Shown here: piece after piece, positions 13,340 to 26,285 of the stretch
Layout: each line of letters opens with the position of its first letter
Position numbering within the stretch: the stretch's first letter is position 1
Origin: Octopus bimaculoides
Lineage: Eukaryota
Reading direction: 5' to 3'
Length of the DNA stretch: 64,000 nt
NCBI RefSeq assembly: GCF_001194135.2
Contig: NC_068986.1
Location: forward strand, 111,595,507 to 111,659,506
Translations under genes and position numbers: made by a program
Notes under the pieces: model-generated
What the model saw: the letters and a program-made list of their open reading frames with translations, nothing else
What the model was told of the DNA's origin: nothing
Databases searched by the model: none

Positions 13340-14774
13340 ATGCTTTTTATTGTTGTCTAAGCCTTTTAACTAATCATGTTATTGTTTTTTATGTTATTTC
13401 CAGCAATCAATCATCTAGTTTTGTGAAAGTCCTTTATTTACCATTCCCGACGTCATTAATAATATGGCATCTGTACTCTAGGACTGCTTCTGGTCTTAAT
13501 TTATACATAGCAAAAATATGTTATGCTCTTTTAGCTTACTACTAGGACCTTTACAATACTATTTTATATGTATGATCAGATACGTGATATTCGATGAGTA
13601 GCTGAGGTTGATTTTCAAATAGAATCTAGTGTCTTTCATATATATAAGACGCGTTCACCAGTAAAAAAGGAAGCAAATATGTTAATTTCAACTTCTACGG
13701 TGGGAAAAGAAAAAAAGTGCTTAGTGTATGTGGACATCATAAAAATATATACGAGCCTAAGATTGATATACATGAGATCGGATGTGTATGGCTGTGAATT
13801 CTTAGTCCCTGAATTTATGGATTGGTAACGTATGATGGCTTCTCCAATCTCTTAATATGTGACAAAATTGATTATTTCTATAACTTCATCTGTTCTTTCG
13901 TATGAAATCAGTAGCTTGTTGATCCTCTGAAACAGAGATTGATGTTCCACGCTTACAGAATGAGTTACCTTGTGGGTTTGCTGTATCTACAAAAGGAATT
14001 GGTTTGAGTAAAGTATCATCTCTTAACGGTTGGTTAATTGAGTTCAGCATTACTCTGGCAAATACTCATCTTTACAGGAGAAATATATTCGTCTTTACTT
14101 CATAGAAATGCATCTATTTCATAAATCCAGTCTTGCGTAGACGTTCGACCTGAGACAATCCATGGTCGATATATGTTTCTCAAAACGTTTTAAAAAGTGC
14201 CTTCCATCAATCTCACGTACACACGTGACTAACACTCTAACACCTAATCGATGACAAGATACGTACAAAGAAAATATAGATCCCTTTACGTACATCCCTT
14301 TGTGATACTGAAGGCCTCAGGTGAAGATACATAAGTGATTAATTAACACATTATTAGCATTTTCTAAGCATCACATTTAAAAAGACGCTCATATAATCAA
14401 CATACATCTTATCGAAGCATTAAATCATTTTGTGAGTAATAGAACACTGTTTGATAGATTAGGCCAAGCAATTATTTTCATGTAACGCGCAAAAACAAAT
14501 AGATGTGTATATAACGTATATATATATATATGTTTGTGTGCATGTATGTACATATATATGTGCGTGTGTGTATGTATATATTTATATATATGCATGGACA
14601 CACATATATATATATATATAAACACACACACACATACACAAACACACACACATATACGCACACAGACACATACATATATACAAAAGGAATTATATGGGTG
14701 CGATATATATATATGGTTCTTAAACCTGAAAAAGTATGTATATATATATGTATATATATATATATATATATATA

Positions 14775-14862
14775 AATTTAAGGAATGGAGTGAACGCATG
14801 TTATAACTGCATACTTTATTCCGACATATGTTTCGATGAATTTCCCAAATCAACACTCTGAA
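14775..14862 (-). mobile_element. Probable Penelope-like terminal fragment with a degenerate hammerhead 3' half
   Basis: Minus strand reads GTTGATTT-GGG-AAATTCATC GAAAC ATAT GTC GG AATAAA. The CUGANGA core is not intact. Confidence 0.4.
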
Positions 14863-15289
14863 TTTTCCTTNNNNNNNNNNNNNNNNNNNNNNNNNNNNNN
14901 NNNNNNNNNNNNNNNNNNNNNNNNNNNNNNNNNNNNNNNNNNNNNNNNNNNNNNNNNNNNNNNNNNNNNNNNNNNNNNNNNNNNNNNNNNNNNNNNNNNN
15001 NNNNNNNNNNNNNNNNNNNNNNNNNNNNNNNNNNNNNNNNNNNNNNNNNNNNNNNNNNNNNNNNNNNNNNNNNNNNNNNNNNNNNNNNNNNNNNNNNNNN
15101 NNNNNNNNNNNNNNNNNNNNNNNNNNNNNNNNNNNNNNNNNNNNNNNNNNNNNNNNNNNNNNNNNNNNNNNNNNNNNNNNNNNNNNNNNNNNNNNNNNNN
15201 NNNNNNNNNNNNNNNNNNNNNNNNNNNNNNNNNNNNNNNNNNNNNNNNNNNNNNNNNNNNNNNNNNNNNNNNNNNNNNNNNNNNNNNNN

Positions 15290-15342
<53 letters not shown>

Positions 15343-16754
15343 CCAGAGAGAGTTCTATGTTTATGAATGAGAGTCATTGCATTATGAATATTAACAAGTT
15401 TGCTGTAATGCATGCAACATTTGCCAGATTCGTCTTCAATTATACACCACTATCAATTATGTTAAATTTTATATTTTACATGTAGATTTCAGTAAATACA
15501 CAAATACTTTTTTTCAAAACTCGTCGAACGGAATGCCTTGGGTGTTTTGTTTGAACTAAGTTTGTGAAGTAAAATAAATGGAGAGTAGATCTTTACGATC
15601 TACAAATTATAAAAGATTTCATAAATTATTGAAGCAACGAAGAAATATACTTCAGAATAGTCAATAAATAAGAAACTATGAGAAGTTTAAACTATCCAGG
15701 TTAACAGTTATTTCAACTTGTTTTTCGTAAAGAAATGTAGAAATGCTGAGTGTTTTGCATTTGGAATTTTAAATCGAAAATTATTATTATTTTCTTTTTA
15801 CACACTGTAGATACATCATATGTATAAGTATCATTAACGATATATCATAGATATGTATATTGATTTATGTTTTCTTATACTTGTTCAATGTTTCTATTTG
15901 AAATGAAAAAAGCCGAGAGTAAGATATGTTGCTATGAAAAAAATATTGAGTAAATAAAAATGTTGTGCATGTGATAACATATTAAAATGTTTAGAAGCTA
16001 TATGCAGATACCAACGCTTCAGTTTTATAACAATTTGTTTGACTTCTTGGAAATGTCAAACAATCTTGCAATTTTATGATTTGTGTAAAAAAATAAATAT
16101 ATTTAGAAATGAAAAAAAATTAAACACCTAATAACAGTAAAAACAAACAAAACCAAAAATACGAGATGTTAATTTTGAAACTGGAAGGTGAATTCAGTTG
16201 AAGAATTACACGGTAAAAGTTTGTAACATTCTTTGCTAACCTCATTAGCATTCAGTAACAGAGATTTGGAAATCCCAGTTTTGTAACAGGTGAAACATTA
16301 TCGATATGACGCAGAAAAGTGTATTAAATAACATGACATCGAATACGGGTTATGTATGTCTTTACTTTGACCATTCATTCTTTAACATCAGAGTAGATTT
16401 TTCTTTCAAATTTGAAATTATTTGTTTCTATTAGAAACATTGTTAACATCATTTCAATAACCTAAAAATAGAAATATATGCAGAAGCATATTTACAAGCA
16501 TATTTTGTAAGGACGAATAAAATATTACCACCATTTGTCTAATTGTTGACTTATACGTCACCCTAGTAGTAGAATTATTTGATTTGGAAAATATTTTGTT
16601 ACATGGGTAGTTAAACATGAATTAGATTCTTTCAGTCTTAAGATTACTAGTAATATAAAGACTGGAAGAGACGGGCCACCTTCACTGCTTTCAAGCGACA
16701 CACCGATTACCGACTTCATTTCAACGGAAAACAGTATAGGTATCCAATGTGAAG

Positions 16755-16915
16755 TCGGTGTAGCCCACCGGGCTAATGACATTTTCACCCGTCTTTATGT
16801 TCTGTGCCTTTCATTCGAGGTCATCAAGAGAAGTACCAGTTGAGAACTGAGGCCAATATAATCGACTTTACCCCCTACTACAAATTTGCTGGTTGTGTGC
16901 CAAAATGTTATAACA
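16755..16915 (+). mobile_element. Degenerate tRNA-derived SINE (same core as 40432, 44361, 57485)
   Basis: CCGTCTTTATGTTCTG..TGCCTTTCAT..AAGTACCAGTTGAG.ACTG.GG..ATATAATCGACT..TTGTGTGCCAAAAT aligns by eye to the other copies. Confidence 0.55.
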
Positions 16916-18899
16916 ATATTAGCATATAATATAGTCAATGATAGGCAGATCTCAATGATTGAACGCATATATCGAGCATTGTTTCCCATGGTTGCTGTCC
17001 AAAGAATAAATAACATATACAATAACGCACACATAGAAACCGAGGAAGAAAAAAAGTGGAAGGTGAAAGGAAAAAAAAATAATCATGAATTTAGTACACA
17101 CAAAGACACACACACATACTCTCTCTTTCTCTTTCTCTCTCTCTCTCTCTCTNNNNNNNNNNNNNNNNNNNNNNNNNNNNNNNNNNNNNNNNNNNNNNNN
17201 NNNNNNNNNNNNNNNNNNNNNNNNNNNNNNNNNNNNNNNNNNNNNNNNNNNNNNNNNNNNNNNNNNNNNNNNNNNNNNNNNNNNNNNNNNNNNNNNNNNN
17301 NNNNNNNNNNNNNNNNNNNNNNNNNNNNNNNNNNNNNNNNNNNNNNNNNNNNNNNNNNNNNNNNNNNNNNNNNNNNNNNNNNNNNNNNNNNNNNNNNNNN
17401 NNNNNNNNNNNNNNNNNNNNNNNNNNNNNNNNNNNNNNNNNNNNNNNNNNNNNNNNNNNNNNNNNNNNNNNNNNNNNNNNNNNNNNNNNNNNNNNNNNNN
17501 NNNNNNNNNNNNNNNNNNNNNNNNNNNNNNNNNNNNNNNNNNNNNNNNNNNNNNNNNNNNNNNNNNNNNNNNNNNNNNNNNNNNNNNNNNNNNNNNNNNN
17601 NNNNNNNNNNNNNNNNNNNNNNNNNNNNNNNNNNNNNNNNNNNNNNNNNNNNNNNNNNNNNNNNNNNNNNNNNNNNNNNNNNNNNNNCAATGCGTTATAT
17701 TCAACTGCAGGAAAAAGCTGAAGGAACAAATATGGAGAGATCACGGTAATGTCATTTTCGCAGTAAAAAAAAAATATATTAGTAGTTTTTACTTCTAAGA
17801 TAAATTACGTGTAATTCTGAACGTATACTTTCTAAAATGGAAAAAATCAGGATTTGTTTTAGTGAACCACCACTCTCTCTCTCACACTCTCTCTCTATTT
17901 CTCTCTATCTCTCCTCTCTCTCTCTCTCTCTCTGTATCTCTCTCTCTCTTTATCTCTCTCTCTCTCTTTATCTCTCTCTCTCTCTTTATCTCTCTCTCTC
18001 TTTATCTCTCTCTTTCATTCGTCTTCAGTTTTGGAAAAATCGCATCTAAGCAACAAATACAAAATAATACAAAGACGCATATGTATGTGTATTTGTGTTT
18101 GTGTGTGTGCTAATGCATATACACGCGTGTCTGTACACGCACACACACATAGACAATACTTATATATATATATATATATATATATGTACGCATATAAACT
18201 TAATGGTTTTTGTGTCTTAATTTAAACATAGATAAACAAAGAAACATGCACGCTCACTTTCTTACATTTATACGTCAACATATTTTCTCGCAGTGTCCTC
18301 TCACCATAAATAAATTGAAATAAAATTTCCTTTAGCACACACGTATATCTCACTTCTATATGTTGTATAAAAAGTAAGTCTTAGTACCTAGGAAATAACC
18401 CTCATAAATATCTTAAAGTAACAATTTCAAGTGAGAAGGTACCTCTATAAATGATATTAATGAACTACAGAAAAAGACATTGCATCCAACGACATTTCTA
18501 TACAAATCTGCATTCGAAAGAGCGTCCCGTGCCGAAATCACTAGTATAAAGCTCGTAAAAATCACTTTAGACTGTTTAAATATAGCACATGCATTCCTTG
18601 AAATGCAGAAGAATTTTCGACACTACATCGCTGTCATGATACAAGACTGGCGTAATAATATGTATACAAATATTCTGTAGTAGTTCTGATATTAATCTTA
18701 ATGATAGGCAAACTTTATCAGAGAGTAAATACATGCATTGCAAAATATTAAGAAAGTACTATATTAAACATGAAAAGGTACTACATTTACAATATAGAAT
18801 ACATAGGACCACGAGAAGGAAAATATTTAAATTGATTGAAACTACAACTGGGATATGATATCATATTTGAATATATTCAACAGTTCATATGTACCCGAT

Positions 18900-19620
18900 T
18901 GAGGAATACGATGAAGATGACAGACTGAACTGATAACCTTGGTTTTGCTGATGATATTGTCTTCATCATTTGAAATGCTTAAAACTTACAACGACTTGCA
19001 TCAGGAGTAGATCAAAATGAGGGAAATCTTGGTTTGAGGACAAGCAGCGTCATCAGGAACGATGACTGTATTGAGACTGATAACAATCCTGGAATTAGCA
19101 AAGCTGTTCCAGAGAATGTGAAATATCTGGTCTTCAAACACCATCACTTAACACATAAAAATACAGCTCTATGATAGCATAGTTCTTCCGACGGTTCTGT
19201 ATGCAAATGAGACTTAAAATATCACCGTGAAAATAAGGAGAAGGCTGGATGTGTCCCGTCAAAAATGCTCGAGAACAATTCAGAAAAATTGCTGTCAAGA
19301 TCACGTAACCTATGAAGACGTTCTAAACGTGGCCAACGCAGGACCACATAGGGAAATCGTTATAAATGAATGCTGAAACTAGAAGATCGTGTAGTTCGGT
19401 TACCTGAACAATACCATTCAACAACAACTTCTAAATGGACATTACCATAAGGGAAAGGCAAAAAACGGGCAAACCGAAAACTAGACGTACAGAACATTCA
19501 TAACTGGCATTAAAAGGTCCAATATCGCATGGGCAGATGTAGTGATAACTAGCACAGCAAATAGAAGCCAAGAAGGGTCAGCCTGCTACCAATATACTCA
19601 AGAGCAGAGGCGGAACTGAT
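18900..19620 (+). mobile_element. RTE-clade LINE, decayed RT 3' fragment
   Basis: NLGFADDIVFI (RT catalytic xADD at 18944-18955). A downstream KW..GKxKxGxPKT-like motif is typical of RTE C-termini. Confidence 0.6.
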
Positions 19621-20689
19621 GTTTGTGTGTGTGTGTGTGTGTGTATGTGTGTGTATGACTTATAGCCATGTATGTATGACATATATATATCAATTTATTA
19701 GAATATTATCAAACTCAATTTCACCTAAAATTTTTCCTGTGCCCAATTAAACCAATTTGAGAAGCTAAATTAAATTAGATTAAATTTCCATATCGAATAT
19801 CGTTAATTGGGTTTTTCATCAGGGGAAGAATTTTATAAAAAGGAGATACATTCTGATGTGTTGTTTAACTCTTGATAGACTAAGATGTCTGTGTTTGAGC
19901 AAACAGTATATTTAAGAATCCGTTTCTTATTTATATGTAACTGAAAACTTGTTTAATGCATTTATGCGCGCGTGTGTGTAATGTGTTGACAAAAAGAAAA
20001 ACAAAATATCCATCGGTTAGCTTGAACGATATTTCGGAAGGACTACTTTAAACTAAAAGCTTAAAAAACATTATTCCTAAATGACATTATTACTTAGATA
20101 GATCGCAATGTCAGTAAATTATTTACTCATTTAAGAAATATAATCATAAATCACCCAGTTTCAATATAGAAATTATAATTAAATAATAAATTATCATAAT
20201 TATATGTATATATATATATTTTAAACTACAGTTGCGTCTATGAAATATTTTCATTACGTAATTGTGCGTGTCTGTGAGTTGATGTGTTGAAAGGTGCTAG
20301 ACAATGACGAATGAAAACTGTTTCCTAATTACCATAGCCGACATCCTTTTAAGAGGATTTGGTTTCTTGATTTAGTTATATATACATTTAATTAATAATA
20401 ATATGTATATGTATATAATCATATTAAGGGAGGTGCATGGGCGAATACGGCCTCCAGCAAGCTTGAAGTGTTGATACCTTCAAAAAATTACAAAAAATCT
20501 CCAGATAAATATATACCACGTCTGAAAGCTGACGAGTGAAAGAATATTAAAAAGATCTCACGTGAATTGTGAATTGGCTCCAATTTCTGGATGAAAGCCA
20601 AAAAAAAAAAAAAGAACGCTTTCTTCCTTCGTCAATACAATACATGGGGAAATATATATCCAATTCAAAACGAAAGTGAGATGTGACAA

Positions 20690-20892
20690 AGCTGGTCCTT
20701 TAAAATACGTGTACGGGAAGAAAGAGTGAGAGAAAGTTGTGGTGGACGAATACAGCAGGGTTCGCCACCACACCCTGCCGGAACATCGTGGAGATTTAGG
20801 TGTTTTCGTTCAATAAACACTTACTACAACCAGTCTTGGAATCGAAACCGCTATCCCACGACCGCTGCCCTAAGCACTAGGTCATTGCGCCT
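20690..20892 (-). mobile_element. tRNA-derived SINE (second family)
   Basis: TTCAATAAACAC..GGAATCGAAACCGC (B-box reverse complement)..CGCTGCCCTAAGCACTAGGTCATTGCGCC (A-box region reverse complement). Confidence 0.65.
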
Positions 20893-21291
20893 AACAATAT
20901 GACATCTAAGCTATCTTATACTAAACATACTGTAAAAATGGTGTACTAATTATTTTGTGTTCGAAATACTCAAATATCTTCAATAAGCAAAGACTGTCAA
21001 CTGTTTAACTGCGTTATGGTTCTGAAAATAACTTATAAAAGATTGATTAGGGTAATAATTAATAAAGGTAATAATAATGGTTGATAAAGGAAATTTGGTT
21101 AATTCCATCAGATAATGATTCTAGAATGAAATGACAATGGAACTTTTTATCAAGATTTACGATATTATTCGGAAAAAAGAAAACATATTAGATAACGGTG
21201 TGCTATTACTCTAAGAAATCAGATATTTTAAATAAAATTCTAATAAATATTTTTTAGAAAGAATACTGATATGTAATATTGTTATAATGAC

Positions 21292-21292
<1 letters not shown>

Positions 21293-21322
<30 letters not shown>

Positions 21323-21398
21323 CTTCTTCTTCTTCTTCTTCTTCTTCTTCTTCTTCTTCTTCTTCTTCTTCTTCTTCTTCTTCTTCTTCTTCTTCTTC
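21293..21398. repeat. (TTC)n microsatellite
   Basis: Perfect TTC run ending in an N gap. Confidence 0.98.
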
Positions 21399-22866
21399 NN
21401 NNNNNNNNNNNNNNNNNNNNNNNNNNNNNNNNNNNNNNNNNNNNNNNNNNNNNNNNNNNNNNNNNNNNNNNNNNNNNNNNNNNNNNNNNNNNNNNNNNNN
21501 NNNNNNNNNNNNNNNNNNNNNNNNNNNNNNNNNNNNNNNNNNNNNNNNNNNNNNNNNNNNNNNNNNNNNNNNNNNNNNNNNNNNNNNNNNNNNNNNNNNN
21601 NNNNNNNNNNNNNNNNNNNNNNNNNNNNNNNNNNNNNNNNNNNNNNNNNNNNNNNNNNNNNNNNNNNNNNNNNNNNNNNNNNNNNNNNNNNNNNNNNNNN
21701 NNNNNNNNNNNNNNNNNNNNNNNNNNNTATATATATATATTTGTAATAAATAGATAGATAGATACATACATACATACATAGACAGATAGATGGATATACG
21801 TAGAAACATGCATACGTTGGCGAAGATCTCTATAGTCGCACGTGCATTCACCCTAAATATATACTTTTTACTCGCATATTTTCGTCTCCTGAGAACTAGA
21901 AAAAGAGTTCCCATGTGATCTCATTTTGGACAATATTTCCTATTGATACAATGCTGAAAGTGTGAACTTACAATTATCTGCAGCACATATATGGAATATA
22001 GTGCGCGCATATATGTCTGGAGATGTAGATAATTGTCGGTTACATGTGTGTGTATGCGTGTATGCGTGAATGCACGTATGTATGTACATATATATATGTA
22101 TATCTATATATGCTTCTCTGTCTCTCTGTTTGTATGTCTATCTATGTGGGTGTATGTAAGTATGTATGTATGTATGTTTACACACATTAATTCAGAAATA
22201 CACTTCACGATAATTACCAGGCATACGTACGCAAGATTTGACACAATTAATGAGTCGTTTTCTCTAAGTGCCAGGCACTTCGAATCAGTTAATTAGATAT
22301 CATTTTGGTTCCGCGTCGTTATTACTTCGGAAGAAAAATCAGAATTGATGCTCTCAGCATTCTTGTTTATCAGAAAAACCAATATGTACTCTTCGCTGTA
22401 TTCTTCAAAAATGACATCTTCTATGAAATATTTTCTCTACAAGCATCGTTTGATTATTCAGCATTCTTTAAATCATTTGAAGGTAGATATGTATAACATG
22501 AATTAGAACACTGTTTATATAGATGATTGACGGCCGTACATAATATATTAGTCATGAGTTAAAATTTCGACCAATCTGGAATCTTACCTTGAAGAAAAAT
22601 GAAAATATTACGAATGCTGAATGTATTTGCGTGTAACACGTTATTCACGTATATAATTAGAAAGAGACCCAAGTACACGTGTGCTTGCGTATAATATACA
22701 ATTTTCGAAGTAGAATAGTCAAATTGCTTTCCACAGTATATCTATACCACTGGCATCTTTTATTCTGCCTTAACCGCTAGATTTTCGATAGGAAGTCGGT
22801 ATATATCCTGTTTCCGCCTCCTCTTTCACTATGTTTGTGTNNNNNNNNNNNNNNNNNNNNNNNNNN

Positions 22867-22900
<34 letters not shown>

Positions 22901-23249
22901 CGTATATATTTGTGTATATGTGTGTGGTCGCGCGCGCGCGCGTACCAATAAATATATATTCTTAAGTATTAATTGTGGGTATAACCATAATAATAACCGC
23001 AGAATACGAGAACCTAGTAAAACAGTAAATATAAAAAGGACGAAAATGGAAAGAAAAAATACATAACACTAAGGAAAATAGATATAAGACAAAACCCATG
23101 AAACAATGGCCAACGGTAGAAAGAAGGGCACCGTTAAATGCTCATAAAAATAAAGATAATAAAGCCGTACAAGCAGAGGAAAAAACAATACAATAACAAA
23201 CCCATGTGACATATTAAACGAAATCCAAAATATAGTGATGAAATTATTT

Positions 23250-23420
23250 GTTTTAAGAAAATTTTCATTTCACACATAAAATTCAAAAATAGGTCAGGAT
23301 TTCTTCGCAGCATTAGATACGTACTTCCCAAGATCTTCCAAACATCACAAAGCCATCAAGAGTCATTATGGAAAATTAACATACGCGACCTCTCACAATC
23401 TAGGATATCATATATACTAA
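23250..23420 (+). mobile_element. Penelope-like element ORF fragment (RT-thumb to endonuclease linker)
   Basis: NSKIGQDFFAALDTYFPRSSKHHKAIKSHYGKLTYATSHNLG resembles the PLE motif TNIGKxFxxLIDKHFPxxxxLHKIFNRNTVKLSYSCxxN. Confidence 0.6.
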
Positions 23421-24357
23421 CTAAATAATAGAAAACTAAATAGAATAAAACTGGAATACAAAGCGACAGCTGTAAATAAAATTGTATACGACGATGGAAT
23501 ATTTGCAGATAAGGGTAAAAATAAAGCTCACCAAAAAAAAAACAAAAAAAAACAGCCAAACAACACCACACAACTGACGATCCAATCCATACATAAGAAG
23601 AATGAGTACACGATTACAGGAGGAATAGGGCAGTAGTAACTCCGCTGGGAGAAAAAAATATGTATCATATGTAACTGCAGACGTAAAGAGGAATGCAAAT
23701 TTAACAACTGCATGATAAAGAGTGTAGTTTACAAACGTGATGTGAAGGCAGGTACACAGATATACATGTATATTACCGACACCGAGGGCACCATGAGAAA
23801 TCGTCTGCGTAACCATTAAACTTCAAATCTCAGTAACATTTTCCTCCAGTTTTTCTGAAATAAATAAATGAGAAAATCGGATTTAACGTGGAAAATTGTT
23901 TGAATATAATAGACTTGAAACTTTTGGCATAATTCTTAAATTTCACAATATGTAACTGCAGCAGGAGATACCCTACAAAGTAGGGAGACAGACACTTATA
24001 GGGCGTCACACACACACACACACNNNNNNNNNNACACACACACACACACACACACAAACACACACGCAAACATACACACACACTCACCCACACACTGAAA
24101 CACATCTGCATTTAGAAATGTACACACAGGTAATCAGAATTTTAAAATGCTGTATAGTAGACATATGTATGCATGTACGCATGTATGCATATATATGTAT
24201 ATATGTGCACCTATGTATGTGTGTGTGAGTGTTTCTTTGCAATAGAAAGCAGAAAAGTCACCTATCCCCTCTCTCCTATGTATTCCTCGCATCCACATTT
24301 CTTTCCCTTCCTCGACGTTTTAACTGTTACTTATGCATATCTGCATGTGTGTGTGGA

Positions 24358-24394
<37 letters not shown>

Positions 24395-24999
24395 GTGTGC
24401 GTATCTGTGTTAGCGTGTATCTATGTATTTACAAAAGTATGTATGCAGCGTCGCGTGTATATCCTTGAAAGACAGCTGTATTAACGTTACTGCCCCACTG
24501 CTACTCCATATCTCGTTTACAGAGCGCTGTTCTCCCCTATTCTGATATCATCCACACTCACTAATCCACTGCATTCCTCTCACACTACTGTTCTTACACA
24601 CTTTTTGTTTATCAAACAACATGCCAACACCACTAGGGCGTCCACTATAGAGTTTTATTGAACTGTAGTTAGCTTATAATTGAACTGGATATAAATTTAA
24701 CATGTATGCAATGTGTCGTCAAGATTAGTTCACTGGATAGACAGCAAGATGGTAATAGACAGATCGACAGAGACAAATTGCCTTTTATATCTAAGATGTA
24801 TATATACATACGAACATACATGCATACCAGATGCGTGTGTGTATACGCTTAGGAAATAAGGAAGTGTATCCACGGAGTAAACTATATGAAACTCTCACGT
24901 AACTACGAAGATACTATAAGGAGCCTCTTGGTCGTGCTCAATCATGTATCGCGAAATTCTTGCACACATCCTTTCCGGTGCCGGGTCTGGATTGTGGGA

Positions 25000-25135
25000 A
25001 CAATAGCTGCAAAAAATATAGCATAAAATTTGGCACGGTCACGGCTCGAACCCTTAAATGTAATACCAGCATATGGCGTCAAAAATATTTTTTAAAGAAT
25101 TCTGCCTTAATAGAAACCTGGGTGCGATTCCGCTG
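25000..25135 (+). mobile_element. Possible APE endonuclease N-terminus of an RTE-like LINE
   Basis: KFGTVTARTLK..SALIETW resembles IGTWNVRTL..ALQETR. Confidence 0.4.
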
Positions 25136-25789
25136 TAGATTTTCACGCCGTTTTAGTCATGGCTACAGAATGAAAACTAATTTAATCTTAATCAACAGGA
25201 CCCACAAAGGTTAATCAAAACGTGGAACGAATTATGATTTTAGTATCGTAGTATTATATACACGATATCACTTCTCGATTAACTTGACACGTGCAAAATT
25301 ATGAAAATCAATGAAGTAATTGTTAAAAATAATCAGATGTATTTTCATATTTCATGGTTCACTGAGCTGCATCAACGTATGTGAATTGAAAATTAAAGTC
25401 AAATTTGCACATAGCTTTATGAATGAATGAATGTATATATATATATATGTTCGTATGTATGCATTTTTCATTTCTCCTGTCAGTGTATGGGGGGAATGCA
25501 TTTTTAATTTCCCATATATTCACTACAAAACCACAAACTTATATTCATATGTAAAATATGAGTACGACATCAGACGCATATGCTCATATGTATATATTTT
25601 ATATACATAGTGAGGCTCATTCCTAAGGTGGACCCTCCAATTAGTGGCCAACGCCTGTTCTTACACTGTTAGCCTTGTGCTCCTAGTATCAATTTTTCTG
25701 TGTTCTTTTTATGGCCATTCCCACCTATGTTTCCCAGCAACTGCTCTTGTGGCTGCATGTCCCTTGTTGCATAATGCATCTTCATATCC

Positions 25790-25790
<1 letters not shown>

Positions 25791-25839
<49 letters not shown>
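25791..25839 (-). repeat. (TAA)n tail or target of the R4/Dong element
   Basis: Perfect TAT/ATT run directly abutting the LINE 3' end. Confidence 0.9.
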
Positions 25840-26285
25840 GCCTTTTCACAGCTTCTACCGGTGGAGATGAAGTACGGTGTCAGCTGTTCACTACCAGTGA
25901 ACTAAAGTAACACCCCTTTTTTTCGAGCTCCGTCCGGAGTATTCGAGCGGTTTCAAGCATTGCTGTTTTCTGCAAATGCTCCTCCCTTATTGCAGCTCCT
26001 ATTTCTTCCAAGTACTTCTCTAAATTTTTACTCACTGTACCCAGGGTTCCGACAATTATTGTTACGATTACCACCTGTTTTAGAGACGGCAGCTGCTTAA
26101 CCTCCCAAGCTAACCTGTCATGTCAATCGAGTTTTATTTCTTCCTTATCGCATAACTTTTTGTCAGCTGGGCATGCGATATTTATGATTCAGCATCGTTT
26201 GCTTTCTTTCTCAGTTAACACTGGTCTGGTTTCCAAGTCTATATTTCATGGTCGCACTGAATCATAAAATCTCATGGGATTTTAT
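25840..26285 (-). mobile_element. R4/Dong-clade LINE, subfamily B, 5'-truncated 3' end with REL endonuclease
   Basis: KIP*DFMIQCDHE..KESKRC*IINIACPADKKLCDKEEIKLD..LAWEVKQL..VVIVTIIVGTLGTVSKNLEKYLEEIG..LQKTAMLETARILR, then a 3'UTR ending GCAATAATAA. Confidence 0.85.

Noticed and set aside
25616-25629. 14-bp match (CTCATTCCTAAGGT) to the PLE family A repeat
   Set aside because: It does not extend on either side and may be chance.
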